Shown here: in pieces, positions 27,273-35,322 of the stretch
Numbering within the stretch: the stretch's first letter is position 1
Layout: each line of letters starts with the position of its first letter
Virus record (IMG/VR): IMGVR_UViG_3300044674_002913
Location: 1 to 37,505 of that record
Reading direction: 5' to 3' (one strand)
DNA: 37,505 nt
DNA from: a virus
Lineage: Duplodnaviria > Caudoviricetes
Made by a program: the position numbers and the translations under genes
Notes under the pieces: model-generated
Told to the model about the DNA's origin: nothing
The model's input: only the letters and a program-made list of their open reading frames with translations
The model's database searches: none

Positions 27273-27489
27273 ATATTTTAAGCCTGAGGGAATGAACACC
27301 AAAGATCATTTCCTACTTGGTAATATCTGGAATGTTGAAGGAAGCAAAGGCAATTCGTATGAGATCGAATTGCATTCCAAGGGGTTTGATTGTAATTGCC
27401 CTGGCTTTGGATTCCGCGGCAAGTGTAAACATGTTGTGTCTGTCGCAGGACGGTTGATGCAAGAAGATGTGCCAGAGTATGCACTATAA
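27256..27489 (+). CDS. SWIM zinc-finger protein
   Basis: VEGSKGNSY and CNCPGFGFRGKCKH. Confidence 0.8.
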   Translation: MKYQSKYFKPEGMNTKDHFLLGNIWNVEGSKGNSYEIELHSKGFDCNCPGFGFRGKCKHVVSVAGRLMQEDVPEYAL

Positions 27490-27511
27490 ATATATCGAAG
27501 GGAGATTTAAT

Positions 27512-27934
27512 ATGAGATCTATTATGATGGCGAGCGTTCTTGTGCTTAGTTTAAGTGCCTGCGTAACAAATCAACAAGGCGGTGCTGTACTTGGCGGCGT
27601 CGGTGGCGGTATTTTAGGAAGTACTATTGGTAAAGGTAGTGGCAATACAGCAGCCACCATTGGTGGAGCAATATTAGGCACAATTGCAGGATCGGCAGTT
27701 GGCGGAAACATGGATCGCCAACAGCAGTCCAATCAACCACCCCAGGTTATTGTACAACAGCCACAGCCTGTGCCAGTGCATCCACAGTATCAGTCCTATC
27801 CCAATAATTCTTGTAGCAAGTATATTGGTAACGAAGGCGCATATTCAGCATGCCAGCGTGGTCTTGCGGATCGTAATGCACAGTCACAGCGTCGGTTAGA
27901 AGATGAAGCATATAAAGCTGGCCAGGCCCGTTAA
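27512..27934 (+). CDS. Glycine-zipper 2TM lipoprotein
   Basis: Lipobox LSAC; GGAVLGGVGGGILG...GGAILGTIAGSAVG. Confidence 0.85.
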   Translation: MRSIMMASVLVLSLSACVTNQQGGAVLGGVGGGILGSTIGKGSGNTAATIGGAILGTIAGSAVGGNMDRQQQSNQPPQVIVQQPQPVPVHPQYQSYPNNSCSKYIGNEGAYSACQRGLADRNAQSQRRLEDEAYKAGQAR

Positions 27935-27937
27935 TTT

Positions 27938-28867
27938 ATGAAGACACTCTTCTTAGAAGACACCTTGCCATTTCAAGGACTTTGTGAACTCGTTGCTGAT
28001 GCAGAGGGATTGTTTGAAAAAGAGGGACTTAAAGTTGAATGGGTAAAACATAATGACAATCTTGAAGCTATTACTGATACCCAAATCATTAACCATCATG
28101 GTTCGGATCCGTTTAATGGTCATGGAGCCGCGTTTGAACAGGGTGAGGCGGATATGTATAACGCCTGTGAATGGGGCAACTACTGTCGTGCTCAAGATTC
28201 TAAAACAGGCCTGGTAATAGGAAGACGGTCTATTGTTACCTATGCTGCTCTTGTTGTCCGTCCCGAGTCAAATATTTATACTCCACAGCAGTTTGCAAAT
28301 CGCCAAGTTGGCGTTCCTTTCTTCTATGGCACTCATTACCTAGCCCTTCAGATGCTTGAAGGATTTATGACACGGGATCAGATTAGCCTATGCAAGACTT
28401 CTCCTATGTTACATATACGTTATCAAGCAATGATGCGCGGAGAAGTCGATAGTGTGATCCTAGTTGAACCCTATATTTCACTTGCAGAAAAACAAGGATG
28501 TCGTATTATCTGCTCGGCATTTTTTCACGGAACAGAAGTAGCATCTGCTAAAGTTGATTCTGAGACCTACGGCATGTTTAATCGTGCAGTACGAGAAGCG
28601 GTTAAAAGAATTAATGCTAATAAAAAACAATATCTTCAGTACTTTATAGATTCTTACAAGGATGTTGATCCTCTTATTTCTATGTTATCGATTAATGATT
28701 TACCAGAAAGTCGTCTTGTTGTAGTAGACCCTGCGCCTATTCCAGCAAAAGAACTAGAACAAACAGCAAATTGGATTAAGAGTTGGGGTATGCTAGAAAA
28801 CACTGATAATTCAATAGATTTAATTAATATAGATATAAATGGAAATTCAAAGGCTCAAGGGAAATAG
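27938..28867 (+). CDS. NMT1/SsuA-type binding-protein fold, no signal peptide
   Basis: VADAEGLFEKEGLKVEW, LVVRPESNI, GEVD..ILVEPY. Confidence 0.8.
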   Translation: MKTLFLEDTLPFQGLCELVADAEGLFEKEGLKVEWVKHNDNLEAITDTQIINHHGSDPFNGHGAAFEQGEADMYNACEWGNYCRAQDSKTGLVIGRRSIVTYAALVVRPESNIYTPQQFANRQVGVPFFYGTHYLALQMLEGFMTRDQISLCKTSPMLHIRYQAMMRGEVDSVILVEPYISLAEKQGCRIICSAFFHGTEVASAKVDSETYGMFNRAVREAVKRINANKKQYLQYFIDSYKDVDPLISMLSINDLPESRLVVVDPAPIPAKELEQTANWIKSWGMLENTDNSIDLINIDINGNSKAQGK

Positions 28868-28871
28868 ACAA

Positions 28872-29672
28872 ATGGCTGATATTCTCGAGATCAAAAGCGT
28901 CTCCAAAACCTACAATGCCGATGGCGATAGCCCGGTAAAGGCGCTGAATGGTGTTGATCTGAATATTGCAGAAGGGGAGTTCGTCTCGATCATCGGGCCG
29001 TCAGGCTGCGGAAAGTCGACCCTGTTCAATATTATCGGTGGGCTGATAGACGATCATGACGGTGAAGTGCTGATCGACGGCCACGAAGTAGACGGCGCCC
29101 ATAAGGATGTCGGCGTCGTGTTTCAACAAGAATCAACATTTCCCTGGAGAACGACCCTGGACAATGTGGCCTTTCCACTTGAAATCGAAGGGATCGATAA
29201 GGCGGAGCGGGAAGAAACCGCTCAGAAGTTCATCAAGCTGGTTGGCCTTGAAGGGTTCGAGAGTCATTTCCCTGCGCAACTCTCCGGCGGTATGAAGCAG
29301 CGGACGGCTGTTGCCAGGACACTGGCCTATGAGCCACGTATCATGCTGATGGATGAGCCGTTCGGCGCACTGGATGAACAGACACGGATGCTGCTGGGCG
29401 ACAAGATGCTCGAAATCTGGGCAGCCTTGAACCAGACGATGCTGTTGATCACGCATAATATCACGGAGGCGGTTCAGCTTTCGGACCGGGTCGTCGTCAT
29501 GTCGTACCGGCCTGGGATCATCAAGGAAATCATTTCGATCGAACTGCCACGGCCACGGACATCGGAAGTCATTGCGACCCCGGAATTCAGCACATATGTC
29601 GGAAAATTGTGGACTCTGCTGCGTGAAGAAGCATCTCGCGGTATGCATGACACAGAAAAATCTCTTTTTTAG
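28872..29672 (+). CDS. ABC transporter ATP-binding protein, TauB/SsuB family
   Basis: Walker A GPSGCGKS, LSGGMKQR, MDEPFGALD, H-loop ITHN; markedly GC-richer than neighbours. Confidence 0.95.
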   Translation: MADILEIKSVSKTYNADGDSPVKALNGVDLNIAEGEFVSIIGPSGCGKSTLFNIIGGLIDDHDGEVLIDGHEVDGAHKDVGVVFQQESTFPWRTTLDNVAFPLEIEGIDKAEREETAQKFIKLVGLEGFESHFPAQLSGGMKQRTAVARTLAYEPRIMLMDEPFGALDEQTRMLLGDKMLEIWAALNQTMLLITHNITEAVQLSDRVVVMSYRPGIIKEIISIELPRPRTSEVIATPEFSTYVGKLWTLLREEASRGMHDTEKSLF

Positions 29673-29684
29673 TCCCAAAAACGG

Positions 29685-29729
29685 TAGACAAACCATGTAT
29701 CTGTGTTATTATGGTTATAGTTAGAAAAC
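29685..29729 (+). promoter_or_regulatory. Early promoter plus conserved leader (second copy)
   Basis: GG-TAGACA-16 bp-TATTAT; 20-bp identity with 26963-26982. Confidence 0.7.
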
Positions 29730-29743
29730 ACGGAGCGAACACT

Positions 29744-29974
29744 ATGACACAAACTACTGTAGTAAGCAACGAGTACTGTGGATATTACAACGGACTTAAA
29801 GACGGTAACAGTCGCAGCGGCAGCACAAGCACTGTAACGCTGCAACGTGGCAGTGAATACGCACAGTGCGAGGACATACTGATATGGGAAGAAGAGAACG
29901 CAGACTGCTGCTTTGACGAGTGGAAACAGTTTGCACTTGCAGGTGAAGAGGGCTACACTTACTGGCAGGAATAG
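29744..29974 (+). CDS. Small early hypothetical protein
   Basis: GGAG SD, start MTQTTV. Confidence 0.65.
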   Translation: MTQTTVVSNEYCGYYNGLKDGNSRSGSTSTVTLQRGSEYAQCEDILIWEEENADCCFDEWKQFALAGEEGYTYWQE

Positions 29975-30004
29975 CAAAAAAGTGCTTGACATTTTGGATT
30001 TTGC

Positions 30005-30130
30005 TCAGGGTCGTGAAGTAGAAGACCCTGACACCTAAGGGGGAGAATGGTACCCGAATCACAGCTAACGTCAATTAGCAGTGTAGGTGTTGACGCACCG
30101 AGGCCTGGTTCGATTCCAGGTACCCTACCT
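30005..30130 (+). ncRNA. tRNA-like structured RNA (T-arm plus complementary loops)
   Basis: T-arm CCTGG-TTCGATT-CCAGG; loops CGTCAA and TTGACG are complementary; ACACCTA/TAGGTGT and AGGGT/ACCCT stems. Confidence 0.65.
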
Positions 30131-30238
30131 AATTTAGCAGCTATGCTAGCTGACGGCCGCAGTATAGGGCCAAGGGGCAAGGCGCCCCCAAGTGCTGTGG
30201 AGCGGGTAGAAATAGCAATTACACTATAGTACTCGGGG

Positions 30239-30270
30239 AGAAAAGCTCACACAATGTGGGCTTTTTTCTT
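30239..30270 (+). terminator. Rho-independent terminator
   Basis: AAAAGCTCAC-ACAAT-GTGGGCTTTT followed by T tract. Confidence 0.8.
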
Positions 30271-30290
30271 GAATTATCGGTTAGAACTGG

Positions 30291-30318
30291 TTGACGTTCC
30301 CTATATCCGTATTACTAT
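30291..30318 (+). promoter_or_regulatory. Early promoter family member
   Basis: GG-TTGACG-16 bp-TACTAT. Confidence 0.65.
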
Positions 30319-30348
30319 ATGTACGTATTACAGCAAAGAGGAGCAACT

Positions 30349-30597
30349 ATGTCCAAGTTCACTACACAACAGCAAATTTTTCTGTTCCTAGGGGAGCTCA
30401 CAGTTAACCCTAACGTTCCCGCAAGTGTGCAAGAGGATGCGCTAGAGTTGCAAACAAAAATGGGGGATTATGCTAGTATGCAACTGCCCCACATGCCTAG
30501 CTATAAGGAATTTATAGCCCACTTCCACGGGAAAGCAAAATTGCATCCCTGCGCTACTTTTAACCCCCAAAAACTAAAATACTCACGCAAGGACTAA
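30349..30597 (+). CDS. Small early hypothetical protein
   Basis: GAGGAG SD, start MSKFTT. Confidence 0.6.
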   Translation: MSKFTTQQQIFLFLGELTVNPNVPASVQEDALELQTKMGDYASMQLPHMPSYKEFIAHFHGKAKLHPCATFNPQKLKYSRKD

Positions 30598-30603
30598 CCC
30601 CTT

Positions 30604-30631
30604 AAAAGTGCTGCATTGCAGCACTTTTTTC
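30604..30631 (+). terminator. Palindromic terminator
   Basis: AAAAGTGCTGCA-T-TGCAGCACTTTT followed by T tract. Confidence 0.8.
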
Positions 30632-30642
30632 ACCCAAAACGG

Positions 30643-30670
30643 TTGACGAATGCCCTATATGTGCTAATAT
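30643..30670 (+). promoter_or_regulatory. Early promoter family member
   Basis: GG-TTGACG-16 bp-TAATAT with extended TG. Confidence 0.7.
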
Positions 30671-30698
30671 GTATATATAGGAAATGAGGAGCAAGCAA

Positions 30699-31100
30699 AT
30701 GGCTGTTTACAAGATTTGGCAGATTAACTTAACGGATGCGGAAATTGACACCATTAACGCCACTGGCGATCACGGTGCCGTTCCTAAGAACATGCTGCGT
30801 ATGAAGATTGAGATGTCCTTTGGCAAGCCCGTTGGCGACCTGGTTAAGGAAGCCTTTGAGAAAGGCTACTACGAGCATGTTAGCAACATTACCGCTGACA
30901 GCCTAGAAGGTGTTTTCCACGTTGGTAACATGGGTCCTGAAGAGAACATTGAGCGTTTTATGCCCATGCATAGCCTGAGCGTTGGTGACTTGGTGCTGGA
31001 CGAGAACGGCATGTACCACATGGTTGCTAGTTTTGGTTTTGATGCAGTGAACGAACTGAACATGGTACCATGGTCTGCACTGAACATGGAGATTGCGTAA
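30699..31100 (+). CDS. YodL-like domain protein
   Basis: SLEGVFHVGN...MHSLSVGDLV...GF motif; GAGGAG SD. Confidence 0.6.
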   Translation: MAVYKIWQINLTDAEIDTINATGDHGAVPKNMLRMKIEMSFGKPVGDLVKEAFEKGYYEHVSNITADSLEGVFHVGNMGPEENIERFMPMHSLSVGDLVLDENGMYHMVASFGFDAVNELNMVPWSALNMEIA

Positions 31101-31441
31101 TGATTGGAGTTGAAGTGTTTGATAGTGGTGACACTATAGATGCTGTAGGTACAAGCCTGCAGGGTTATGTTATGGCAACCTATGCAGAACTTGAAGCAGT
31201 GTTTAGTAAGAACCTCGGTCCTAGTGACAAGGTTTTTAACGAGTTTCGTGGTGAGATTTCAGTGTACGATCCTACACTTGAATGTCATGATGTCTACACA
31301 GTAACCCTTTACGATTGGAAAGAGGATAGCCCGCTGACTGCTCGTACGGGAACCTACCGTTGGCACGTAGGTGGTTTTTGTAGTGAGGCTCCATATTACG
31401 TAGAAGATGTATTGGAAGCCTATCGAAGGTTTAATTTATGA
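31100..31441 (+). CDS. Phage hypothetical protein
   Basis: TAATG coupling; GTSLQGY, TLYDWK, WHVGG. Confidence 0.65.
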   Translation: MIGVEVFDSGDTIDAVGTSLQGYVMATYAELEAVFSKNLGPSDKVFNEFRGEISVYDPTLECHDVYTVTLYDWKEDSPLTARTGTYRWHVGGFCSEAPYYVEDVLEAYRRFNL

Positions 31442-32430
31442 CCGATATGTTTATCACTACATCCTATAGCTCTATAGGATGTACATTCGTAGAATGGAGT
31501 ATTAATTATCTAGCCGGTAATGATTATTACCATAGGATCTGGCCATCTTATCTTAAGAATAAAAACGGTACTGCGAATGTTATACCGCTTGTAGACAATC
31601 CAGTTACCAATAAAAATGCACATGGACATAACAAAAACGAGCCACACAGTCTAGAAGAAACAATGCGTGTAATTGGACTGTTGCGTCAGCAGCAAGGTGG
31701 ATTGAAGTCCTGTTATCCTCACTGTCACAGTCCACAAGAGCATAGAGAAGTAATTGATTATTGTCTGGAAGAATCTATTCCTGTCATATTTGTAACACTG
31801 CCTAAAGATTTGTATCTTTTTAGTTTCATTGGAACAAGAGCATCGGGACAGTGGGTTAACGGAGTTCCTATTTTTGGAATTAAGGATTTAGACATAGTGA
31901 AAACGATTATATCCAACTTCTTTGCGGACAGCACAAATAAGTGGGAATCTTCTGAGGTATGGGATGTTAGAGAATTACTGGCTTTGAATTTGTATAAGAT
32001 GTATAAAGCTAATGATCAATCAACATTAATATTGGAAGATATAAAAGACCATAATCTTCACCGTGTGAGTGGTCCCATGTTGTGGCATTCTGGAGAGAAC
32101 GTATTTCCAGAAATATTTCGTAAACTAGGTCTCAAGTTGGATGAAGAAAGATTCTCAAAATGGAAGCCTGCATACACCCAGTGGCAGGCTACACTGAGGA
32201 AACAGGTAATCGATTTCTATTATAATTTAGATTTTATTGTTGATAGTATAGTTTACAATTGGGATTTGGATCTATCTCAGTTTAATATGAGTCTTACCAA
32301 AGAAATTGTAATCCAAGGGGAACTAATTAAAAACCATAATCTTACTATCAAAGGTTGGGGATTAGAAAAGTTTCCAGATAACGCTACAGACTTACACAAA
32401 CTATTAGAAGAGAGTTTTTACTATGCCTAA
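31438..32430 (+). CDS. Hypothetical protein, possibly sulfotransferase-like fold
   Basis: 330-aa ORF; N-terminal SSIGCTFVEWSI loop-helix. Confidence 0.5.
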   Translation: MTDMFITTSYSSIGCTFVEWSINYLAGNDYYHRIWPSYLKNKNGTANVIPLVDNPVTNKNAHGHNKNEPHSLEETMRVIGLLRQQQGGLKSCYPHCHSPQEHREVIDYCLEESIPVIFVTLPKDLYLFSFIGTRASGQWVNGVPIFGIKDLDIVKTIISNFFADSTNKWESSEVWDVRELLALNLYKMYKANDQSTLILEDIKDHNLHRVSGPMLWHSGENVFPEIFRKLGLKLDEERFSKWKPAYTQWQATLRKQVIDFYYNLDFIVDSIVYNWDLDLSQFNMSLTKEIVIQGELIKNHNLTIKGWGLEKFPDNATDLHKLLEESFYYA

Positions 32431-32617
32431 GACAAAGAAGATTACAGTTGAAGATGAGATGCTCACTATCCCAACTTTCCTTAATCGTACTATCAATCCT
32501 GATAAGGTTGCGGTTGGGTACACCAATGTAGACGGCAAGCTCTACAAGGTTGATAGTGAAGGTAACCTTTTTGATGCCCATACTAACAAGCTCAAGCGGG
32601 GCAAGAAGAATGGATGA
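32423..32617 (+). CDS. Small hypothetical protein
   Basis: Overlaps both neighbours; LTIPTFLNR. Confidence 0.55.
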   Translation: MPKTKKITVEDEMLTIPTFLNRTINPDKVAVGYTNVDGKLYKVDSEGNLFDAHTNKLKRGKKNG

Positions 32618-33056
32618 CGTTCCACCGCCGTCGCCCTTGGGGCGTCGTGATTATAGAGTAATGGACTTCCTGCGTAGGCAGGCTATTGATAACGAGGGGG
32701 CTAGTCGTGCAAAACTAGCCGCCTGCGTCGTAATTAAGAATAGAATTATTAGTACAGGACGAAACCAGTACAAAAGTCATCCTCTCGCAAGACAGTATGG
32801 TAAGAATAAAGAAGCAATCTTTTTGCATGCCGAAGTAAACGCTATTGCCAACAGCCTTAACCATTTGGATAAGGATGATTTGCGTAAAGCAACTCTCTAT
32901 GTCTATAGAATCAAACACCCTGATAACGACAAGCGTGAATGGGTGAACGGTATGGCAAAGCCCTGCAAGGGCTGTATGCGGGCTATTGCTGAGTTTGACT
33001 TTAAGCGTGTAGTTTACACCACAGATAACCCTGAGGAGTTCGCTGTCCTACAATAA
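32610..33056 (+). CDS. Zn-dependent cytidine/dCMP deaminase-family protein
   Basis: HAE and PCKGC motifs. Confidence 0.85.
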   Translation: MDDVPPPSPLGRRDYRVMDFLRRQAIDNEGASRAKLAACVVIKNRIISTGRNQYKSHPLARQYGKNKEAIFLHAEVNAIANSLNHLDKDDLRKATLYVYRIKHPDNDKREWVNGMAKPCKGCMRAIAEFDFKRVVYTTDNPEEFAVLQ

Positions 33057-33063
33057 ATAAAGT

Positions 33064-33357
33064 ATGGACACTAGTGAACTTATTAAACGCCTATTAGGTG
33101 TAATTGACGAATATCAACAGGTAAATGAACCTGTGGATGATAATCATTTTCGTCAGATTGAAGATTTAACTGACGATGATCGTAGTGCATGCGAGCCTGC
33201 AAATGCTCCTAACGAGCAATACGCAGATATTGAAAGCGTAACAACTTATGCAGGAGGCGGTGTAAACGGTCCAAAACACGCGGCGGATATCCGAACTGAT
33301 AGTCCAAGCCTGTATCATTACCTAACACAGTTGGAGCATGAACGTGGCAAACATTAA
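33064..33357 (+). CDS. Late hypothetical protein
   Basis: TAAATA 4 nt upstream; AGGGVNGPKHAADIR. Confidence 0.6.
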   Translation: MDTSELIKRLLGVIDEYQQVNEPVDDNHFRQIEDLTDDDRSACEPANAPNEQYADIESVTTYAGGGVNGPKHAADIRTDSPSLYHYLTQLEHERGKH

Positions 33358-34543
33358 CATTGAATACAAAGGTCTAACAGGACTGCACAATGCCCTTACT
33401 ATTGACGATGGGCAAACAATGGCACAACTTCGCACTACTATTATAAGTGACGAAGGCTTGAGCAGTTCTTACTACAGTCGTGTTAGTATTCACAAAAATG
33501 GAACAGTAAAAGACAGCACAGACAATGCTGCAACAACTCTTGCTGATGCTGGCATTGTTGCTGGAGATGTTATCACAGTTGCCAGTGAAAGATCACAGGC
33601 AAACAAAGAAGCAAATCAACTTATGACACTTGAGATTGCACAATTAAAACGCAAAGCAGGTGGAGATACCACAAAGTCATATTACAGACAATGGAACACA
33701 TACGATCAACTGGCATTGAGTTTGCCTTATGCAGATGGTGCAAGCACACTAGAAGATGATGCAAACACATACAATCCACTATTGCCTCACAGACCATGGG
33801 TGACCAGTGTAGAAGGTGCTGCACCTGCAAGTCCAGAAGAAGCAGTTAGTGAAAGCACATTTGTTGACTTACAGATTTGGTATGATGCTGCCGATACAAC
33901 TACACTTATTCCAAGTGCCACAGATGAAGGTCAGATCACACAGTGGACTGATAAATCTGAATTTGCTCACAACGCTAATCCAAATGGCGGTAGTGCTAAA
34001 CCAAGTTATGAAAACACTACACCACAAAATGGTTATGGTTACTTGGAGTTTGATGGCAACGATAACTTGAGCGTCAACCCATTTACACAACTACAAAGTC
34101 AAACAGGCTTCACTGTTTTTATAGTTAGCAAACTACTAAACACCACAGGTGTGCAGTATTTGAGTGAAACAAATCAAAATGACCTGCGTATAAATGCAAA
34201 CGGCACTACTATGGAAATAGGTATGAATGGCGCAGTTGGAACAGTTGCTACCACTGCTGACACAAACTGGGCAAGACACACACTGGTGTTTGATGGTAGC
34301 CAAACAGGAAATGCTGCAAGGTTAGTATACAGAAAAGATGCCGCAGCAAAAACACTAAGTTTCACTGGTACAGTTGCCGCAACCACAAGCGCAAGCAACA
34401 CACATTTCTATATTGGTAATAACGCTGCAAAGACAAGTGGTGCAGAAGCATACATTGCAGAAGTATTGTTGTTTAATAAAACACTAAACGCAATCGAGAT
34501 TACAAACGTAGAGTCATATCTAGGCACCAAATGGGGGCTATAA
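33344..34543 (+). CDS. Virion protein with N-terminal ubiquitin-like domain and C-terminal LamG/ConA-like domain
   Basis: GTG start after GGAG; KGLTG, EG and TLAD..I match ubiquitin; LQIWYDAAD, QWTDKS, IAEVLLFNKTL...VESYLGTKWGL fit a LamG-like domain. Confidence 0.7.
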   Translation: MANINIEYKGLTGLHNALTIDDGQTMAQLRTTIISDEGLSSSYYSRVSIHKNGTVKDSTDNAATTLADAGIVAGDVITVASERSQANKEANQLMTLEIAQLKRKAGGDTTKSYYRQWNTYDQLALSLPYADGASTLEDDANTYNPLLPHRPWVTSVEGAAPASPEEAVSESTFVDLQIWYDAADTTTLIPSATDEGQITQWTDKSEFAHNANPNGGSAKPSYENTTPQNGYGYLEFDGNDNLSVNPFTQLQSQTGFTVFIVSKLLNTTGVQYLSETNQNDLRINANGTTMEIGMNGAVGTVATTADTNWARHTLVFDGSQTGNAARLVYRKDAAAKTLSFTGTVAATTSASNTHFYIGNNAAKTSGAEAYIAEVLLFNKTLNAIEITNVESYLGTKWGL

Positions 34544-34546
34544 TAA

Positions 34547-35290
34547 ATGGCTACTAATCGTAAACTGTATGACTTTCCTATTGCAGTATCGAGTGAAATA
34601 AATGATTACAACAGTGTTGTAAATATTTTTGGTTACAGTATTGCTGCTACCACAGCCTTTAGAGTGTTGTGGGAAAAAAACTCTGATTACACACCTCCTA
34701 GTTCTGCACAACAAATGCAAGTCAAAAGCACCAGTGGCAGTGATACAATGAACTTGCTTATACAAGGACTAGACAGTAACTATGATGCATTAAGTGAAAC
34801 TGTTACACTAACAGGTACTGGTGTTGTTACAACTACAAACAGTTTTTACAGAATAAACAATGCAATAATACTCAGCGGATCAAATGTTGGTGTAATTGAT
34901 ATTGGCAATGATCTTGCTGGTACACCCACATACTATGCCGCTATTCGTGCAGGTGACGGCAAGACACAAATGAGTCACTATACTGTGCCAAGAGGATATT
35001 GTTTTTTCCTCTATCGAATAGATGCTTTCAGTGCTGACAGCACAGCAAACAAGCCTGGCGTTTTTAGAAATCGTGTAACAAACAGCACAGGTAGAGTGTT
35101 AACTGTGGCAAGAACAACCTTTGATGGCAACATGAATATTCAAAGAAGATTTCCTTTCAAGTATGATGAAAAAACTGATATAGCATTCCAAGGTAGCACT
35201 GTTACAGGGTCACACGAAGTAGGCATATTTGCGGAAGGACTTTTGGCAGAGCAACTTGGTCAGACGCACCTAAACAACCTCAGTGGTTGA
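34547..35290 (+). CDS. Probable virion structural protein
   Basis: Thr/Ser-rich beta protein; IQGLDSNY...ETVTLTG, YTVPRGY. Confidence 0.6.
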   Translation: MATNRKLYDFPIAVSSEINDYNSVVNIFGYSIAATTAFRVLWEKNSDYTPPSSAQQMQVKSTSGSDTMNLLIQGLDSNYDALSETVTLTGTGVVTTTNSFYRINNAIILSGSNVGVIDIGNDLAGTPTYYAAIRAGDGKTQMSHYTVPRGYCFFLYRIDAFSADSTANKPGVFRNRVTNSTGRVLTVARTTFDGNMNIQRRFPFKYDEKTDIAFQGSTVTGSHEVGIFAEGLLAEQLGQTHLNNLSG

Positions 35291-35316
35291 CACACAAAAT
35301 AAAAAGGTAGTATAAT
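35287..35316 (+). promoter_or_regulatory. Sigma70-type promoter, probably leaderless transcript
   Basis: TTGACA-18 bp-TATAAT, ATG 6 nt downstream. Confidence 0.65.
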
Positions 35317-35322
35317 AAGCGG

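Noticed and set aside
26964-29743. Shared N-terminus MVIVRK in two ORFs
   Set aside because: Artefact of the repeated promoter/leader DNA; true starts are likely 27003 and 29744
30038-30130. tRNA-Sec or tRNA-Asp reading of the tRNA-like element
   Set aside because: The candidate anticodon loop is 6 nt without U33, and no full acceptor stem or CCA can be built
30047-30229. 60-aa ORF overlapping the structured RNA
   Set aside because: Atypical composition and dense base pairing favour ncRNA; a GGAG lies too close to the ATG, so coding is not fully excluded
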